A DNA stretch of 64,000 bases from Candidatus Pyrohabitans jungbluthii (GCA_002010065.2 MTMD02000002.1:96001-160000), one strand, 5' to 3'. Counted from the stretch's first letter, positions 1-9,421 are shown. Notes: a model not told the origin generated them from the sequence alone. Made by a program: numbers and translations.

Positions 1-2
1 GA

Positions 3-398
3 GACGTTACAGAGGAGTATATTGATTTAGAGGCGAGGCTGCGCAATCTTCGCAGGCAAGAAGAGCGCTTGCTTGAGATTCTGGACAGGGCGGAGAGCGT
101 TGAGGATGTGCTTGAGGTGGAACGTGAGCTTGGGCGCGTGAGAGGCGAGATTGAGCGCCTCGAGGGAAGGCTACGCTACCTGAACAACCGCGTAGAATTC
201 GCCACAATAACTGTGGAGCTTCTCGAGCCGGAGCCAATAGCTCAAAGTCTTGGCTTGAGAAGTGTGATAAGCGATGCTGTGAAGGGCCTTGTGACTGTTA
301 CCCGCGCGCTAATCGTGGCAATAGGTTATCTACTCCCCATCGCAGCAGTGGCAGCTGTGCTATTTGCTTTGCTCCGCCGGGTGAGGAAGAAAAGGTAG
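3..398 (+). CDS. DUF4349-family membrane protein, 5'-truncated by window edge
   Basis: Open frame from position 3: DVTEEYIDLEARLRNLRRQEERLLEIL...VEDVLEVERELGRVRGEIERLEGRLRYL...FATITVEL followed by a C-terminal TM segment, the DUF4349 pattern. Confidence 0.8.
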   Translation, partial: DVTEEYIDLEARLRNLRRQEERLLEILDRAESVEDVLEVERELGRVRGEIERLEGRLRYLNNRVEFATITVELLEPEPIAQSLGLRSVISDAVKGLVTVTRALIVAIGYLLPIAAVAAVLFALLRRVRKKR

Positions 399-410
399 CG
401 GTGATGCTCC

Positions 411-959
411 TTGGATAAAGAGATACGTATGACCAGGCAGGTGTTCGAGGCGCTTGTGTCAGAGACGCGCATCGCCATATTAAAAAAGCTGGACCGCCGC
501 GCCATGACGCTCAGCGAACTTGCGAGGGAGCTTGGCTTAGCCAAGTCGGCGGTACATGAGCACCTGGCGAAGCTTGCCGACGCTGGCTTAGTGGAAAAGC
601 GCGACGCTGGAAGAAAGTGGGTGTACTACCACCTCACACCCAAAGCGAGGGGGATACTCCATCCGGAGGAGAGGCACCGTATTCTCGTGCTTCTCAGCTC
701 CGCGCTGCTCGCGCTGCTCGGCGGGGTTTTCACGGGTTTAAAATACCTTCGCGTAGCGGGAGAGGTTGCAGAAAGCAGAGTGACGTTTGAAGCCGCGCCA
801 AAAGCGATGGAAACACCAGTCGCTGAGGCAGTGAGGACGACCAAGCCCTACCTAGCTCTGAGCATAGCGCTTCTCGCAGCTTCTCTGCTTTTATTCTTCC
901 TTGCCTACCGCGCGTGGAAGCGGGGCAAAAACTATTATAACCTTTCAGGAGAATCCTGA
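411..959 (+). CDS. ArsR-type winged-helix regulator with two C-terminal transmembrane helices
   Basis: FEALVSETRIAILKKL...TLSELARELGLAKSAVHEHLAKLADAGLV...WVYYHLT, then two hydrophobic segments; start may be ATG 429. Confidence 0.85.
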   Translation: MDKEIRMTRQVFEALVSETRIAILKKLDRRAMTLSELARELGLAKSAVHEHLAKLADAGLVEKRDAGRKWVYYHLTPKARGILHPEERHRILVLLSSALLALLGGVFTGLKYLRVAGEVAESRVTFEAAPKAMETPVAEAVRTTKPYLALSIALLAASLLLFFLAYRAWKRGKNYYNLSGES

Positions 960-963
960 ATGC

Positions 964-1680
964 ATGCATGCGATTGAGCTCCGCGACGTGAAGAAGCGCT
1001 TCGGCGCACTGCAGGTGCTTCGTGGTGTCACTCTCAGCATAGAGAAGGGCGAAGCCTTCGCCTTGCTTGGTCCCAACGGTGCTGGAAAGACCACGCTTAT
1101 AAGAATAGTGGCAACTTTGCTGAGGCAGGATGAGGGTGAGGTGCGCGTCGCTGGCTACGACATTCGTGAGGAAGCGCGGGAGGTGAGGCGTAGAATAGGT
1201 GTGGTTTCCCACAACCCTTTTCTCTATGAGGAGCTAACAGCTAGGGAGAATCTGGAGTTCTATGCCCGCGCCTACGGGGTAGCACAGAGCCGTGTGGATG
1301 AAATGCTGGAGAGGGTTAACCTGGCTGAGCGCGAAGACGACCTGGTGGCGACGTTCTCGCGGGGAATGAAGCAGCGCCTGAGCATAGCCCGTGCCTTACT
1401 TCACTCGCCTGAGGTGCTCCTTTTAGACGAGCCCACCACAGGCTTGGACTTAAAAGGCAGACAGGACTTCTATACCCTGCTTGAAGAGCTTCTTGGCGAG
1501 GGAGCTACTCTGCTCATGACCACCCACCACATGGACGAGGCTGAGAGGCTCTGCTCCCGCGGAGCGGTGCTTCACTCTGGCAGGGTAGTGGCACAGGGTG
1601 CGCTGGATGAACTCAAGGAAAGTGTGGAAAGCCTGGAGGAGGCGTACCTGCGCATCACGGGTGAGGGAAATGGGGCTTAA
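964..1680 (+). CDS. ccmA: Heme exporter ABC ATPase CcmA
   Basis: Walker A GPNGAGKTT, signature FSRGMKQR, Walker B LLLDEP; first gene of the ccm cluster; ATG at 964. Confidence 0.85.
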   Translation: MHAIELRDVKKRFGALQVLRGVTLSIEKGEAFALLGPNGAGKTTLIRIVATLLRQDEGEVRVAGYDIREEAREVRRRIGVVSHNPFLYEELTARENLEFYARAYGVAQSRVDEMLERVNLAEREDDLVATFSRGMKQRLSIARALLHSPEVLLLDEPTTGLDLKGRQDFYTLLEELLGEGATLLMTTHHMDEAERLCSRGAVLHSGRVVAQGALDELKESVESLEEAYLRITGEGNGA

Positions 1681-2347
1681 AGCTGTGTTCAACCTGGCGA
1701 GCAAGGATATACGGGCAGAGCTCAGGACAAAGCACACCATAAACTTCATGCTCCTCTTTTCAGGCTTGGCGGTAATCTTCTTCTCCCGCATAGCTGGCAA
1801 CTACGTGGCTGCGGCACCTGAGATGGGCGCAGGCTTGCTATGGCTGGTTTTCCTCTTCACCGGCATGCTGGGCCTGGGCAGGGCTTTCGTCAAGGAGAAG
1901 GAGCTGGGCACTTTCGACGGGCTGAAGCTCACGCCCATGAGCAGCGAGGAGATTCTCGCGGGCAAGGCGATATACAACCTCGCGCTGATGCTGGGGATAC
2001 AGAGCATAATCTTCCCCCTATTTATCATCTTCTTCGACTTTCCCATCCAGGGAAGCGTTGCCTTGGCGTTTGGTGTGCTCACCCTGGGCAACCTGAGCTT
2101 CGTCATCGTTAGCTCGGCGCTCTCAACGCTGGTGCTCAACGCCAGAGCGCGAGAGCTTCTCCTTCCGGTGATTCTCCTACCTGTACTGTTCCCGGTGATC
2201 GTAACCTCGGTCTCTGCACTGAACCGCGTGCTCGTCGGTGGTGAAGGATTTTTAAATATTCTTGGAGAGATTAAAATTATTTTAGCTTATGCTGTGGTGA
2301 TGAGTGTAATAGCTGCGCTAACCTTCGATTTCGCCTTAGAGGAATAG
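1670..2347 (+). CDS. ccmB: Heme exporter permease CcmB
   Basis: KDIRAELRTK, EKELGTFDGL, ARELLLPVILLPVLFPV motifs; about 6 TM; overlaps ccmA stop. Confidence 0.9.
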   Translation: MGLKAVFNLASKDIRAELRTKHTINFMLLFSGLAVIFFSRIAGNYVAAAPEMGAGLLWLVFLFTGMLGLGRAFVKEKELGTFDGLKLTPMSSEEILAGKAIYNLALMLGIQSIIFPLFIIFFDFPIQGSVALAFGVLTLGNLSFVIVSSALSTLVLNARARELLLPVILLPVLFPVIVTSVSALNRVLVGGEGFLNILGEIKIILAYAVVMSVIAALTFDFALEE

Positions 2348-2349
2348 AT

Positions 2350-3006
2350 ATGAGGAAGATTTATTTCAGCTTGGCAATCGCCTGGGTGCTGTTCATCTAC
2401 GGCTCCTACAATGCACTGCTGGTTTTCCCGCCTATATCCTCGCCTGCCAACCCGCCCATGGAGGAGCTCTATCGCAATGTTTTCTTCCACGTACCAATAA
2501 ACGCCAGCGCCTTTCTTGGCTTCACCATAACCCTTGGGGCGAGTATCCTCTATCTGCGAACGCGCAAGCTCAGCTACGACTTGGTTGCCAGCAAAGCTGC
2601 GAAGATTGCGGTGCTCTTCACCACCTTCACCCTGCTTACCGGCATGGTGTGGGCAAAGCCAGCGTGGGGGACCTACTGGAACTGGGACCCCCGGGAGACG
2701 ACGGCTCTAATAATGTGGTTCGTGTACCTGGGCTACTTTGCACTCCGCGAGGCTATGCCAGCTGGAGAGCCAAGAGCAAGGGCAAGCGCAGTGCTGGGCA
2801 TCTTCGGCTACGCCTCGGGTATATTCACCCTGCTATCAACGCGGATATTCCCCTCGCTTCACCCCCCAACGCTGGGGCTGGAGCTGGAGCCAAAGATGGG
2901 CATGACGCTTGGCTTAATGATAACAGCCGCTATAATAATATTCCTCAACCTCGTTTATCTGGAAATAAGGCTGGAAAGGCTAAAAGAAAAAGTTACTAGG
3001 GGGTAG
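2350..3006 (+). CDS. ccmC: Heme chaperone-loading protein CcmC
   Basis: FFHVP and WWD-domain WAKPAWGTYWNWDPRET, SLHP. Confidence 0.93.
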   Translation: MRKIYFSLAIAWVLFIYGSYNALLVFPPISSPANPPMEELYRNVFFHVPINASAFLGFTITLGASILYLRTRKLSYDLVASKAAKIAVLFTTFTLLTGMVWAKPAWGTYWNWDPRETTALIMWFVYLGYFALREAMPAGEPRARASAVLGIFGYASGIFTLLSTRIFPSLHPPTLGLELEPKMGMTLGLMITAAIIIFLNLVYLEIRLERLKEKVTRG

Positions 3007-3009
3007 ATT

Positions 3010-3138
3010 ATGGAGAACTATCAGAGCATATTCTTCGTTGCAACCTCGCTGTGGGCGGCGCTGGTGGTTTACCTCGCGTACCTTCACAGGCGAATTGGAG
3101 ATTTGGAAAAAAGAATAAATAGGTTAAAATCGAGGTAA
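3010..3138 (+). CDS. ccmD: CcmD-like small membrane protein (42 aa; not in ORF track)
   Basis: Own translation: MENYQSIFFVATSLWAALVVYLAYLHRRIGDLEKRINRLKSR; one TM plus basic tail, located between ccmC and ccmE. Confidence 0.8.
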   Translation: MENYQSIFFVATSLWAALVVYLAYLHRRIGDLEKRINRLKSR

Positions 3139-3144
3139 GAAGGT

Positions 3145-3573
3145 ATGGATAAGAAGACCGCAAAGAATCTCAAGTACCTTGTGGGTGTTGCGGTAGTTCT
3201 GGTTTTTGTTGGAATAGCCTTCAGCACGACTTCGAGCGAGAGCTTTGTCAACCCCTACAAGAGTGTGAGCGAGGTTGTTAATAACGCCCAGAGCTACCAG
3301 GGCAAGCAGGTCCAGGTTCAGGGTTATGTGGTTGAAGGCACAGTAAGCTGGGTGCCCAAGAATCTGAACTTCACCCTCACCGACGGCAAGGCGAGCATAA
3401 AGGTGGCCTACTATGGTGTTATACCCGCAACCTTCCCGCTGGATAAGGAGTTTGATCCCAACTCGCAGATAGACGTCGTTGCCATAGGCACACTCCGCGG
3501 GGATACACTCATAGCAAATAAGCTGCTTGTAAAGTGTCCCTCAAAGTATGAGGCAAAGGTAAGTGCAGAGTGA
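3145..3573 (+). CDS. ccmE: Heme chaperone CcmE, CxxxY variant
   Basis: N-terminal TM, OB-fold-like core, C-terminal KCPSKY. Confidence 0.9.
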   Translation: MDKKTAKNLKYLVGVAVVLVFVGIAFSTTSSESFVNPYKSVSEVVNNAQSYQGKQVQVQGYVVEGTVSWVPKNLNFTLTDGKASIKVAYYGVIPATFPLDKEFDPNSQIDVVAIGTLRGDTLIANKLLVKCPSKYEAKVSAE

Positions 3574-4520
3574 AGCTCATGAGGTGGCTTCTTGTATTTT
3601 TGGTTGTTGCATTAGCGCTGAGCGCAGGCTGCGTAGGCGAGAAGCAGCCGCAGAGCACAGCGCCAAGCCCCTTCCAGCCAGAGGTTGCACCTCAGCAGTT
3701 CAGCTACATCCCTCTAAGCCAGGTTCCTCGAGCCTCGCCGCCACCGGAGTTTGAACCTGTGTTTGTGGAAAACCTCTCTGGCCTAATCGCCCTGCCTCAG
3801 GCGGCGATAACCATGCCCAACGACGTATCTAACTTCGCCCCAGACGTTGCGAACCGCATCCTTGACAAGATTCAGAATAAATTCGGAGCGGTGTATATAG
3901 AGGGGGAGGAGACCAGCGTGGTGGTGAGTTTTGAGGCTTACCTGTTCCCAGACCCTAGCTATGCGAGGCAGGCGCTTGAGGTTTACAAAACGAACTGGAA
4001 CAAGCTCAGGTTCAACGCCTCTGGTAAGGAGATGTGGATATGGGAAGGTTATCTCGAACAGGTAACCCCGCCTGGCTGGGCGGTGAAGGGTTCGCACATC
4101 TTCTGGGACACCACCTTTAACGAGGCGTCACTTAGCGGAGGCGACGCAATAGTCGCGAATATTGCAGACGACCTGTACTGCTACCACGGCGAAGCTGCGC
4201 TTGGCAACTACTTTGTTATGGTGGATGTGCACCTGCCTAAAGATCGAGTGGTGGAGGAGGGACAGGAGATATTCAGGGAGTACCTTGAGAAGGTGGCGGT
4301 TAATATATCCGCCGCTGAGGAACCTGTGGTTGAGGAGCCTCCGGCTACGGTTAATGCATCCCCCGGCGTAGAGGACAGGATAGCGCAGCTGGAAGCCAAA
4401 AAAGCTGAGATAACCCAAGCATATCTGGAAAATAAAATAAGCCTGGAGCTTTATAACTACACACTTCAAAAGATAGAAGAAGAGCTTAGGAGAATAAGAA
4501 ACAGGAGTGCGTCGCCATGA
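3570..4520 (+). CDS. Lipoprotein of unknown function inside the ccm operon
   Basis: Signal peptide with lipobox LSAGC; overlaps ccmE stop and ccmF start; C-terminal short helical domain. Confidence 0.7.
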   Translation: MKLMRWLLVFLVVALALSAGCVGEKQPQSTAPSPFQPEVAPQQFSYIPLSQVPRASPPPEFEPVFVENLSGLIALPQAAITMPNDVSNFAPDVANRILDKIQNKFGAVYIEGEETSVVVSFEAYLFPDPSYARQALEVYKTNWNKLRFNASGKEMWIWEGYLEQVTPPGWAVKGSHIFWDTTFNEASLSGGDAIVANIADDLYCYHGEAALGNYFVMVDVHLPKDRVVEEGQEIFREYLEKVAVNISAAEEPVVEEPPATVNASPGVEDRIAQLEAKKAEITQAYLENKISLELYNYTLQKIEEELRRIRNRSASP

Positions 4521-6823
4521 GCTTTTCCTGGAATGTTGGCAATTTCATGCTTCTCATAGCTTTCGTTGCAAGCGCGGTAGTGCTGATAGCGGTAACCCTT
4601 CAGGAGCGCGGTTATCGCGTCCCCTTCGCCTCGAGGCTTAAAATTTTTCCCTGGATAACCATGGGGATGCTCGCAGCAGCTACGCTTTACCTCACCTACC
4701 TCTTTTTGAAGTCTGACTTCACGTACATGTACGTGTGGAGCTATAGCTCTAGAGCATTGCCATGGTACTACAAGGCTTCTGCGGTGTGGGCAGGGCAGGA
4801 GGGCACCTTCCTGCTGTGGGCGCTTATTATCTATGCCTCGGCGCTCTGGGCGAGTGAGAGGCTGGGCTTCGAGGACTACCTTTCAAGGAGGGTCCACCTA
4901 GTAACTCACCTGATTGGGCTATTCTTCCTGACAATGACTCTGCTTGTCTCGCCCTTCCGCAAGATATACGACCTCTATCCTGACCTGCCTAAAGATTTTA
5001 TTCCTCCTGATGGTAATGGATTGAACCCACTGCTCCAGGACCCGTGGATGGCTGCCCACCCCCCGGTTATCTTCATCGCCTACGGCGCTGTTACCATACC
5101 CTTTGCCGCTGCCCTTGCCCATCTCTGGCGCAGGGATGAGCGCTGGCTCAGCATCTCCAAACCCTGGGCTAGGCTCTCTTGGCTCTTCCTTACCCTCGGC
5201 ATAGCACTGGGCGGCTTCTGGAGCTACAAGGTTCTGGGCTGGGGTGGCTTTTGGGCCTGGGACCCTGTAGAGACTTCCTCCCTTATACCCTGGTTTACGG
5301 TCACCGCTCTGCTTCATGCAACTGTGCAGAACTTGAGGAAGCGCGAATTTCCGCTCCTCACCCCGCTGCTGGCGGTTTTGTCCTTCTTCCTCGTGGCCTA
5401 TGCTACCTTCATAACGCGCTCAGGCTTGTGGGAATCTGTGCATGCCTTTGGGGAAACCACAACGGGACCCTACCTGGCTCTTCTTCTCGTGAACATCCCG
5501 ATAATTCCCGCGATACTCGTGGCTGACTACCTGATAAGGAAGAAGCGGGAGGTCAGCGCTGAGGCAAAGGCGCTCTCTGTAGCCTTTCTCCTCGCTCAGG
5601 GCATAATGGTGGTTTATAAAGCTGTGACCCAAGGCAGCCAGCTCCCGAGTTTTGAGGAGGTACTTGTAATTTTTGGTTTGACCGGTGCTCTCTTCCCCCT
5701 CCTTAGGAGGCGCTTCTCAGAAGATGGAGAAAAGATTGAGGAGACCCCTACCTCGGAGAGTGTGCAGCTCTTCACTCGCACAAACCTCTTTTACCTCGCT
5801 ATTATCTCACTGCTCATTCTTGGCTTTGTATCCTTCTGGGGACTGAGCTACCCCTTTTTGATGCAGGCGCTCAAGGATGTGAAGATTAAGGTAGAGATAG
5901 ATTTCTTTAACACCTGGAGCTATCCCTTTACCATCCTCCTTCTCGTCACCATTGCGCTGTGCATGGGCTATGGCTTAATGCGTAAGCGCAGCCTTCTCCT
6001 CGGCACAGTTGCGATTCTCGCAATGGGTGCGATCTCTGCCTTAAAGGGCGTGACTGGTAAGCCCATGGTGGACTTCATTCTTCCTGTGCTGGGCTATGCC
6101 TTTGCAATATCTGTGTGGCGCACCACACAGCTCGCCACAAGCAGAGCTAAGCCCATGCCAAAAGCCAAGCTGGTGGGCTTCTATCTCATTCATGCAGGCG
6201 TTGCCATGATAATCTTTGGGGCGATTTTCAGCACAAGCTTCAGCTCACAGCGCGATGTGGTGTTCCAATTCATACCCAACCAGGGTATAGTGAGCGAGCG
6301 CAAGGATGTGGGCGCAGGCTACGCGGTTGAGGTTGCAGGGATAAACGTGTATGAGAACTACGAAGGATACTTAACCAGCGAGGTCTTGGTAAAGGTTTAC
6401 AAGAACGGGCGTTACATCGGCGAAGGTGCGGCGAGTACAATAAACAACCTGAAATTCGGAAGGGTTACGAAGGTGTACATCAACCGCAATCTAGATGCTG
6501 ACGTCTACGTCATATTTCAGGGCATAGGCGGACATTCAGAGGGGAAAATAGAAATCCCGCTTACGGTGAAGATTGAGCCCCTTGTGAACATCCTCTGGCT
6601 GGGGATAGCGCTTATTTCAATAGGCATACTCCCAGGCATGATTATCGACGGCTTCTCAGTACCCTGGGCAAGGCGGGAGGAAGAGGAGGAAGAAGAGGAA
6701 GATGAAGAGGAGGAGAGGAAGCGCCTTATAGCGGAGATAAAGAAGATAAAACCAGACTGGCAGGATAAGGGCTACACCGTGGAGCAGCTCCGAGATATTC
6801 TGGCGCTGCTCAGGGAGGAGTAG
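4517..6823 (+). CDS. ccmF: Cytochrome c heme lyase CcmF
   Basis: WAGQEGTFLLW, GLNPLLQDPWMAAHPP, LGWGGFWAWDPVETSSLIPW, TRSGLWESVHAF. Confidence 0.95.
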   Translation: MSFSWNVGNFMLLIAFVASAVVLIAVTLQERGYRVPFASRLKIFPWITMGMLAAATLYLTYLFLKSDFTYMYVWSYSSRALPWYYKASAVWAGQEGTFLLWALIIYASALWASERLGFEDYLSRRVHLVTHLIGLFFLTMTLLVSPFRKIYDLYPDLPKDFIPPDGNGLNPLLQDPWMAAHPPVIFIAYGAVTIPFAAALAHLWRRDERWLSISKPWARLSWLFLTLGIALGGFWSYKVLGWGGFWAWDPVETSSLIPWFTVTALLHATVQNLRKREFPLLTPLLAVLSFFLVAYATFITRSGLWESVHAFGETTTGPYLALLLVNIPIIPAILVADYLIRKKREVSAEAKALSVAFLLAQGIMVVYKAVTQGSQLPSFEEVLVIFGLTGALFPLLRRRFSEDGEKIEETPTSESVQLFTRTNLFYLAIISLLILGFVSFWGLSYPFLMQALKDVKIKVEIDFFNTWSYPFTILLLVTIALCMGYGLMRKRSLLLGTVAILAMGAISALKGVTGKPMVDFILPVLGYAFAISVWRTTQLATSRAKPMPKAKLVGFYLIHAGVAMIIFGAIFSTSFSSQRDVVFQFIPNQGIVSERKDVGAGYAVEVAGINVYENYEGYLTSEVLVKVYKNGRYIGEGAASTINNLKFGRVTKVYINRNLDADVYVIFQGIGGHSEGKIEIPLTVKIEPLVNILWLGIALISIGILPGMIIDGFSVPWARREEEEEEEEDEEEERKRLIAEIKKIKPDWQDKGYTVEQLRDILALLREE

Positions 6824-6891
6824 GGGGTTTTAATATCCTTTATGGAGGGCACAAATACTTTTCTAACTAAAAGTTAGGAAAGTGTACAAGA

Positions 6892-7371
6892 ATGAAGTTT
6901 GCGGAAAGGCTTGAGAAGTGCGAGAACATCGCGGACATATTCGAGCTGGTGAAAGAAGCTGTTCTGAAGCACCTGGGCACAAGCAGAGCAGGCTTAACCT
7001 TGGTGCTTGCAGAGCTTGGAAGCAGCGACTATGGCTTTGTGGGTGCCTACTACCCGGTTGGCTCCAATACGATTGTGATGAACAGGAGCGTGCTGCGCAG
7101 GCTTCGCAGAGAGGCACCTGAACTTTTCAAGGCTTACGTTTTCAATGTGCTGCTCCACGAGTATCTGCACGCTCTTGGCGTGCTGGACGAGGCTCAGACG
7201 CGGCTTCACACCTACAATATAACCCGCTCAGTTTTTGGCGAAGAGCACGCGGCAACGAAGCTTGCGCTAAAGATGGAAGAGTTAATCCCTCTCCTTAAAA
7301 ATTTGGAGAGGCTTGGAAAAGTAGAGTACGTACCCGACTTCGACAGGTCGAGCACAGAATATATAATGTAG
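6892..7371 (+). CDS. Small HExxH zinc-metalloprotease-like protein
   Basis: VLLHEYLHALGVLDE motif. Confidence 0.65.
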   Translation: MKFAERLEKCENIADIFELVKEAVLKHLGTSRAGLTLVLAELGSSDYGFVGAYYPVGSNTIVMNRSVLRRLRREAPELFKAYVFNVLLHEYLHALGVLDEAQTRLHTYNITRSVFGEEHAATKLALKMEELIPLLKNLERLGKVEYVPDFDRSSTEYIM

Positions 7372-7899
7372 CTACCTGACCAGCTCCTGCCCCTTCTCAA
7401 CGACAATGCCGCAGGGCATGGGGAGCTTCATTGCAGCGCGACGAAGCGCCTCCTTGGCGTCGTTGAAGTAGTTTGCATTGGTGCGCAGCGTTATTATGCG
7501 CTGCCCTTCCTTTACCACGGCAGCTAACCCTACTGGCTTGCCAAAGGCACGGCGCATGCCATCGCTCACTCTGTCGGCACCAGCACCGGTTGCCATCTTG
7601 TTCTCCCTGAGCACCACGTGGGGGTAAATCCTGAACTTCATGTAGAAGCCGCTCTTACCGGCGCGCTTTGTTATGTACCTGTTGGCTGCGATGCGGCTCG
7701 CCTCCAGCGCGTTGTGGGTGATCTGCGCAGCCTCCTTGGCAACCAGTGAAAGCTGAACCTCGAAGCGGTCAGGGTTGCTCACATCCCCCATGTCGAAGAT
7801 GGTAATCTTGGGGTTGGGTATGCTATCTATGTACTCCTTTCGTGTATAAAGCCTCTTCTTGGGTATGCGGTATATCTTGCCTGGCTTTAGCTTTGCCAT
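7372..7899 (-). CDS. rpl10e: 50S ribosomal protein uL16 (L10e)
   Basis: [45 protein letters not shown]; ATG at 7899 preceded by GGAGG. Confidence 0.95.
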   Translation of the reverse strand: MAKLKPGKIYRIPKKRLYTRKEYIDSIPNPKITIFDMGDVSNPDRFEVQLSLVAKEAAQITHNALEASRIAANRYITKRAGKSGFYMKFRIYPHVVLRENKMATGAGADRVSDGMRRAFGKPVGLAAVVKEGQRIITLRTNANYFNDAKEALRRAAMKLPMPCGIVVEKGQELVR

Positions 7900-7971
7900 C
7901 GCTGTGCCTCCAGATAAAAAGACACTCCCTACATGCACCTTCCCATAGTAAAAGAATTATAAAACCAGGCC

Positions 7972-8295
7972 AGGGGAGGGGGGTGTCCCCCTCCCCTTAG
8001 GTTAACCCCTCCCCCTAGGGATATGCGGGAGAAAACACTAAGGAAACATGGCGGTATTGAAGCGAAGCGAGTTGCCCGAACGAAGTGAGGGTGACGAGGG
8101 AAAAACCCGAAGGGTTTTGACCGAAATACCGCAATCTGATGATCAAACTTTCTGAAGCTTCCGCAGCCACAGTTGGTTGCATCCACATAATGTGGTATCC
8201 TTCGATACCACATTTTAGACTGTGAGACATAGCGGTATTGAGCATTAGCGAAATACCGCAATCTGATGATGCAACTGTCTGCAGTTGCCGAAGTT
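7972..8295. repeat. Highly structured non-coding region with a duplicated motif (candidate ncRNA or ssDNA element)
   Basis: 11-bp stem AGGGGAGGGGG/CCCCCTCCCCT (7972-7997); two copies of GCGGTATT...AATACCGCAATCTGATGAT plus hairpin (8051-8166, 8232-8293); 11-bp hairpin at 8189-8214. Confidence 0.6.
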
Positions 8296-8328
8296 AAGTA
8301 TTTATAGCGCCTGTGGGAGATTAATTTT

Positions 8329-9018
8329 TTGCAGGAGGTGAATGCTTTGCCCGAGAGCTTTGTGGATAGAGAGCTTGAGATGATTGCCGAGAACCTGAAG
8401 GTTTTTGTTGGCAAGGACAAGGAAACCAAAGAGATGCTTAAAACGATGGGCTTAACCATCGAGGATGTGCCCGAAGTAGCGAGAGAGAAGGTTGCGCAGA
8501 TAGAGAGTGTGCTTAAAGATAGTAGCAAGAAGCCTGAGGAGAGGATAAACCAGGCTGAAGCCCTGCTCGCTGAGCTTCAGGTGCTTGAGGAGCTGCCTGC
8601 GGTGATAAAGAAGCTTATTGTTGAAGAGGCGATGCGCAGGCTGAGCGTGGTTAGGTACAACCTGGACTGGGTGGAGAGGCAGGCGAAGAGTATCGAAGCT
8701 GCGAAGCGGATCTCTTACTCCCTTGACCTCTTCCTTAACCCGGATGACAAGGAGGTAAAGAAGAAGCTTCGCCAAATAGGCATCCAAGAAGTGCCAGAGT
8801 TTATCCGCGACGTAGCTAAGCGCGCAAAGGAGGTGCTGGAGGATAGAAAGCTCGACGCGCGAGAGCGTGCCCTGCGTGCGGCGGATATACTGATGGAGCC
8901 GCTGCAACCCGCGCTTTACGGCAAGCGCGATGATATGGAAAAGCTTCAGCACGAGATAAAGTGCGTGCTGTGGGAAATCGCCAACGACTTCGTGATGGAG
9001 GCGCAGCTGGCGAAGTGA
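8329..9018 (+). CDS. Alpha-helical hypothetical protein with an internal two-fold repeat (UPF0147-like)
   Basis: Repeats ...DVPEVAREKVAQIESVLKD...EERINQAEALL and ...EVPEFIRDVAKRAKEVLED...RERALRAADIL; true start uncertain (GGAGGTG at 8334 suggests a start slightly downstream). Confidence 0.65.
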   Translation: MQEVNALPESFVDRELEMIAENLKVFVGKDKETKEMLKTMGLTIEDVPEVAREKVAQIESVLKDSSKKPEERINQAEALLAELQVLEELPAVIKKLIVEEAMRRLSVVRYNLDWVERQAKSIEAAKRISYSLDLFLNPDDKEVKKKLRQIGIQEVPEFIRDVAKRAKEVLEDRKLDARERALRAADILMEPLQPALYGKRDDMEKLQHEIKCVLWEIANDFVMEAQLAK

Positions 9019-9261
9019 TTACTTCAGCACCGCATCACCGCGAAATCCGCGCTCCCTCAACTCTTTTATATATTTTAATTCTTCGTAAAACTCCAGGGTT
9101 TTCCTGGCTAAGGCTATCTTCTCCTGCGCTGCCTTCAGCGCACTTGAAACACGGGGCTGGGATATTCCGAGAGCCTTGGCGATTTCCTCCTGGGTGTAGC
9201 CCATGGCAGCGTAGCGCAGCACCTGCGCCTGCCTTTCGGTGAGTATGCCTACTCCTTCCAT
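9019..9261 (-). CDS. Small Tfx-like / sigma70-r4-type HTH DNA-binding protein
   Basis: LTERQAQVLRYAAMGYTQEEIAKALGISQPRVS...AQEKIALARKTL; ATG 9261 with GGTGA RBS. Confidence 0.75.
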   Translation of the reverse strand: MEGVGILTERQAQVLRYAAMGYTQEEIAKALGISQPRVSSALKAAQEKIALARKTLEFYEELKYIKELRERGFRGDAVLK

Positions 9262-9421
9262 GCTATCACCATAATAGATAATTATTATATCCGGGGCGAG
9301 TATATATTCTTTTCTCATCCCGACGAAGGCAAATATTTATATATCAGGAGGTGCATATAATGGTCAGCGGCATTCTTGCTGCAATACATATAATAAAAAA
9401 CTGTTATGTGAGGTGAAGTGA

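Noticed and set aside
8121-8293. Hammerhead ribozyme (CTGATGA twice, GAAA nearby)
   Set aside because: GAAA lies upstream inside another stem. After the CTGATGA hairpin comes GCAG/GAAG rather than GAAA, and no stem I/III with a UH site could be built.
8046-8293. CRISPR array
   Set aside because: Only two copies, irregular spacing, and no cas genes in the window.
8131-8295. Canonical box C/D guide RNA, fluoride riboswitch or SRP RNA
   Set aside because: TGATGA is present but the C-D'-C'-D spacing is not met. The fluoride riboswitch 5' GGNGAUGG..CC stem and the SRP helix-8 motif were not found.
7929-8528. 199-aa and 76-aa minus-strand ORFs across the structured region
   Set aside because: Atypical composition, overlap with a better plus-strand gene, and no motifs; treated as shadow ORFs.
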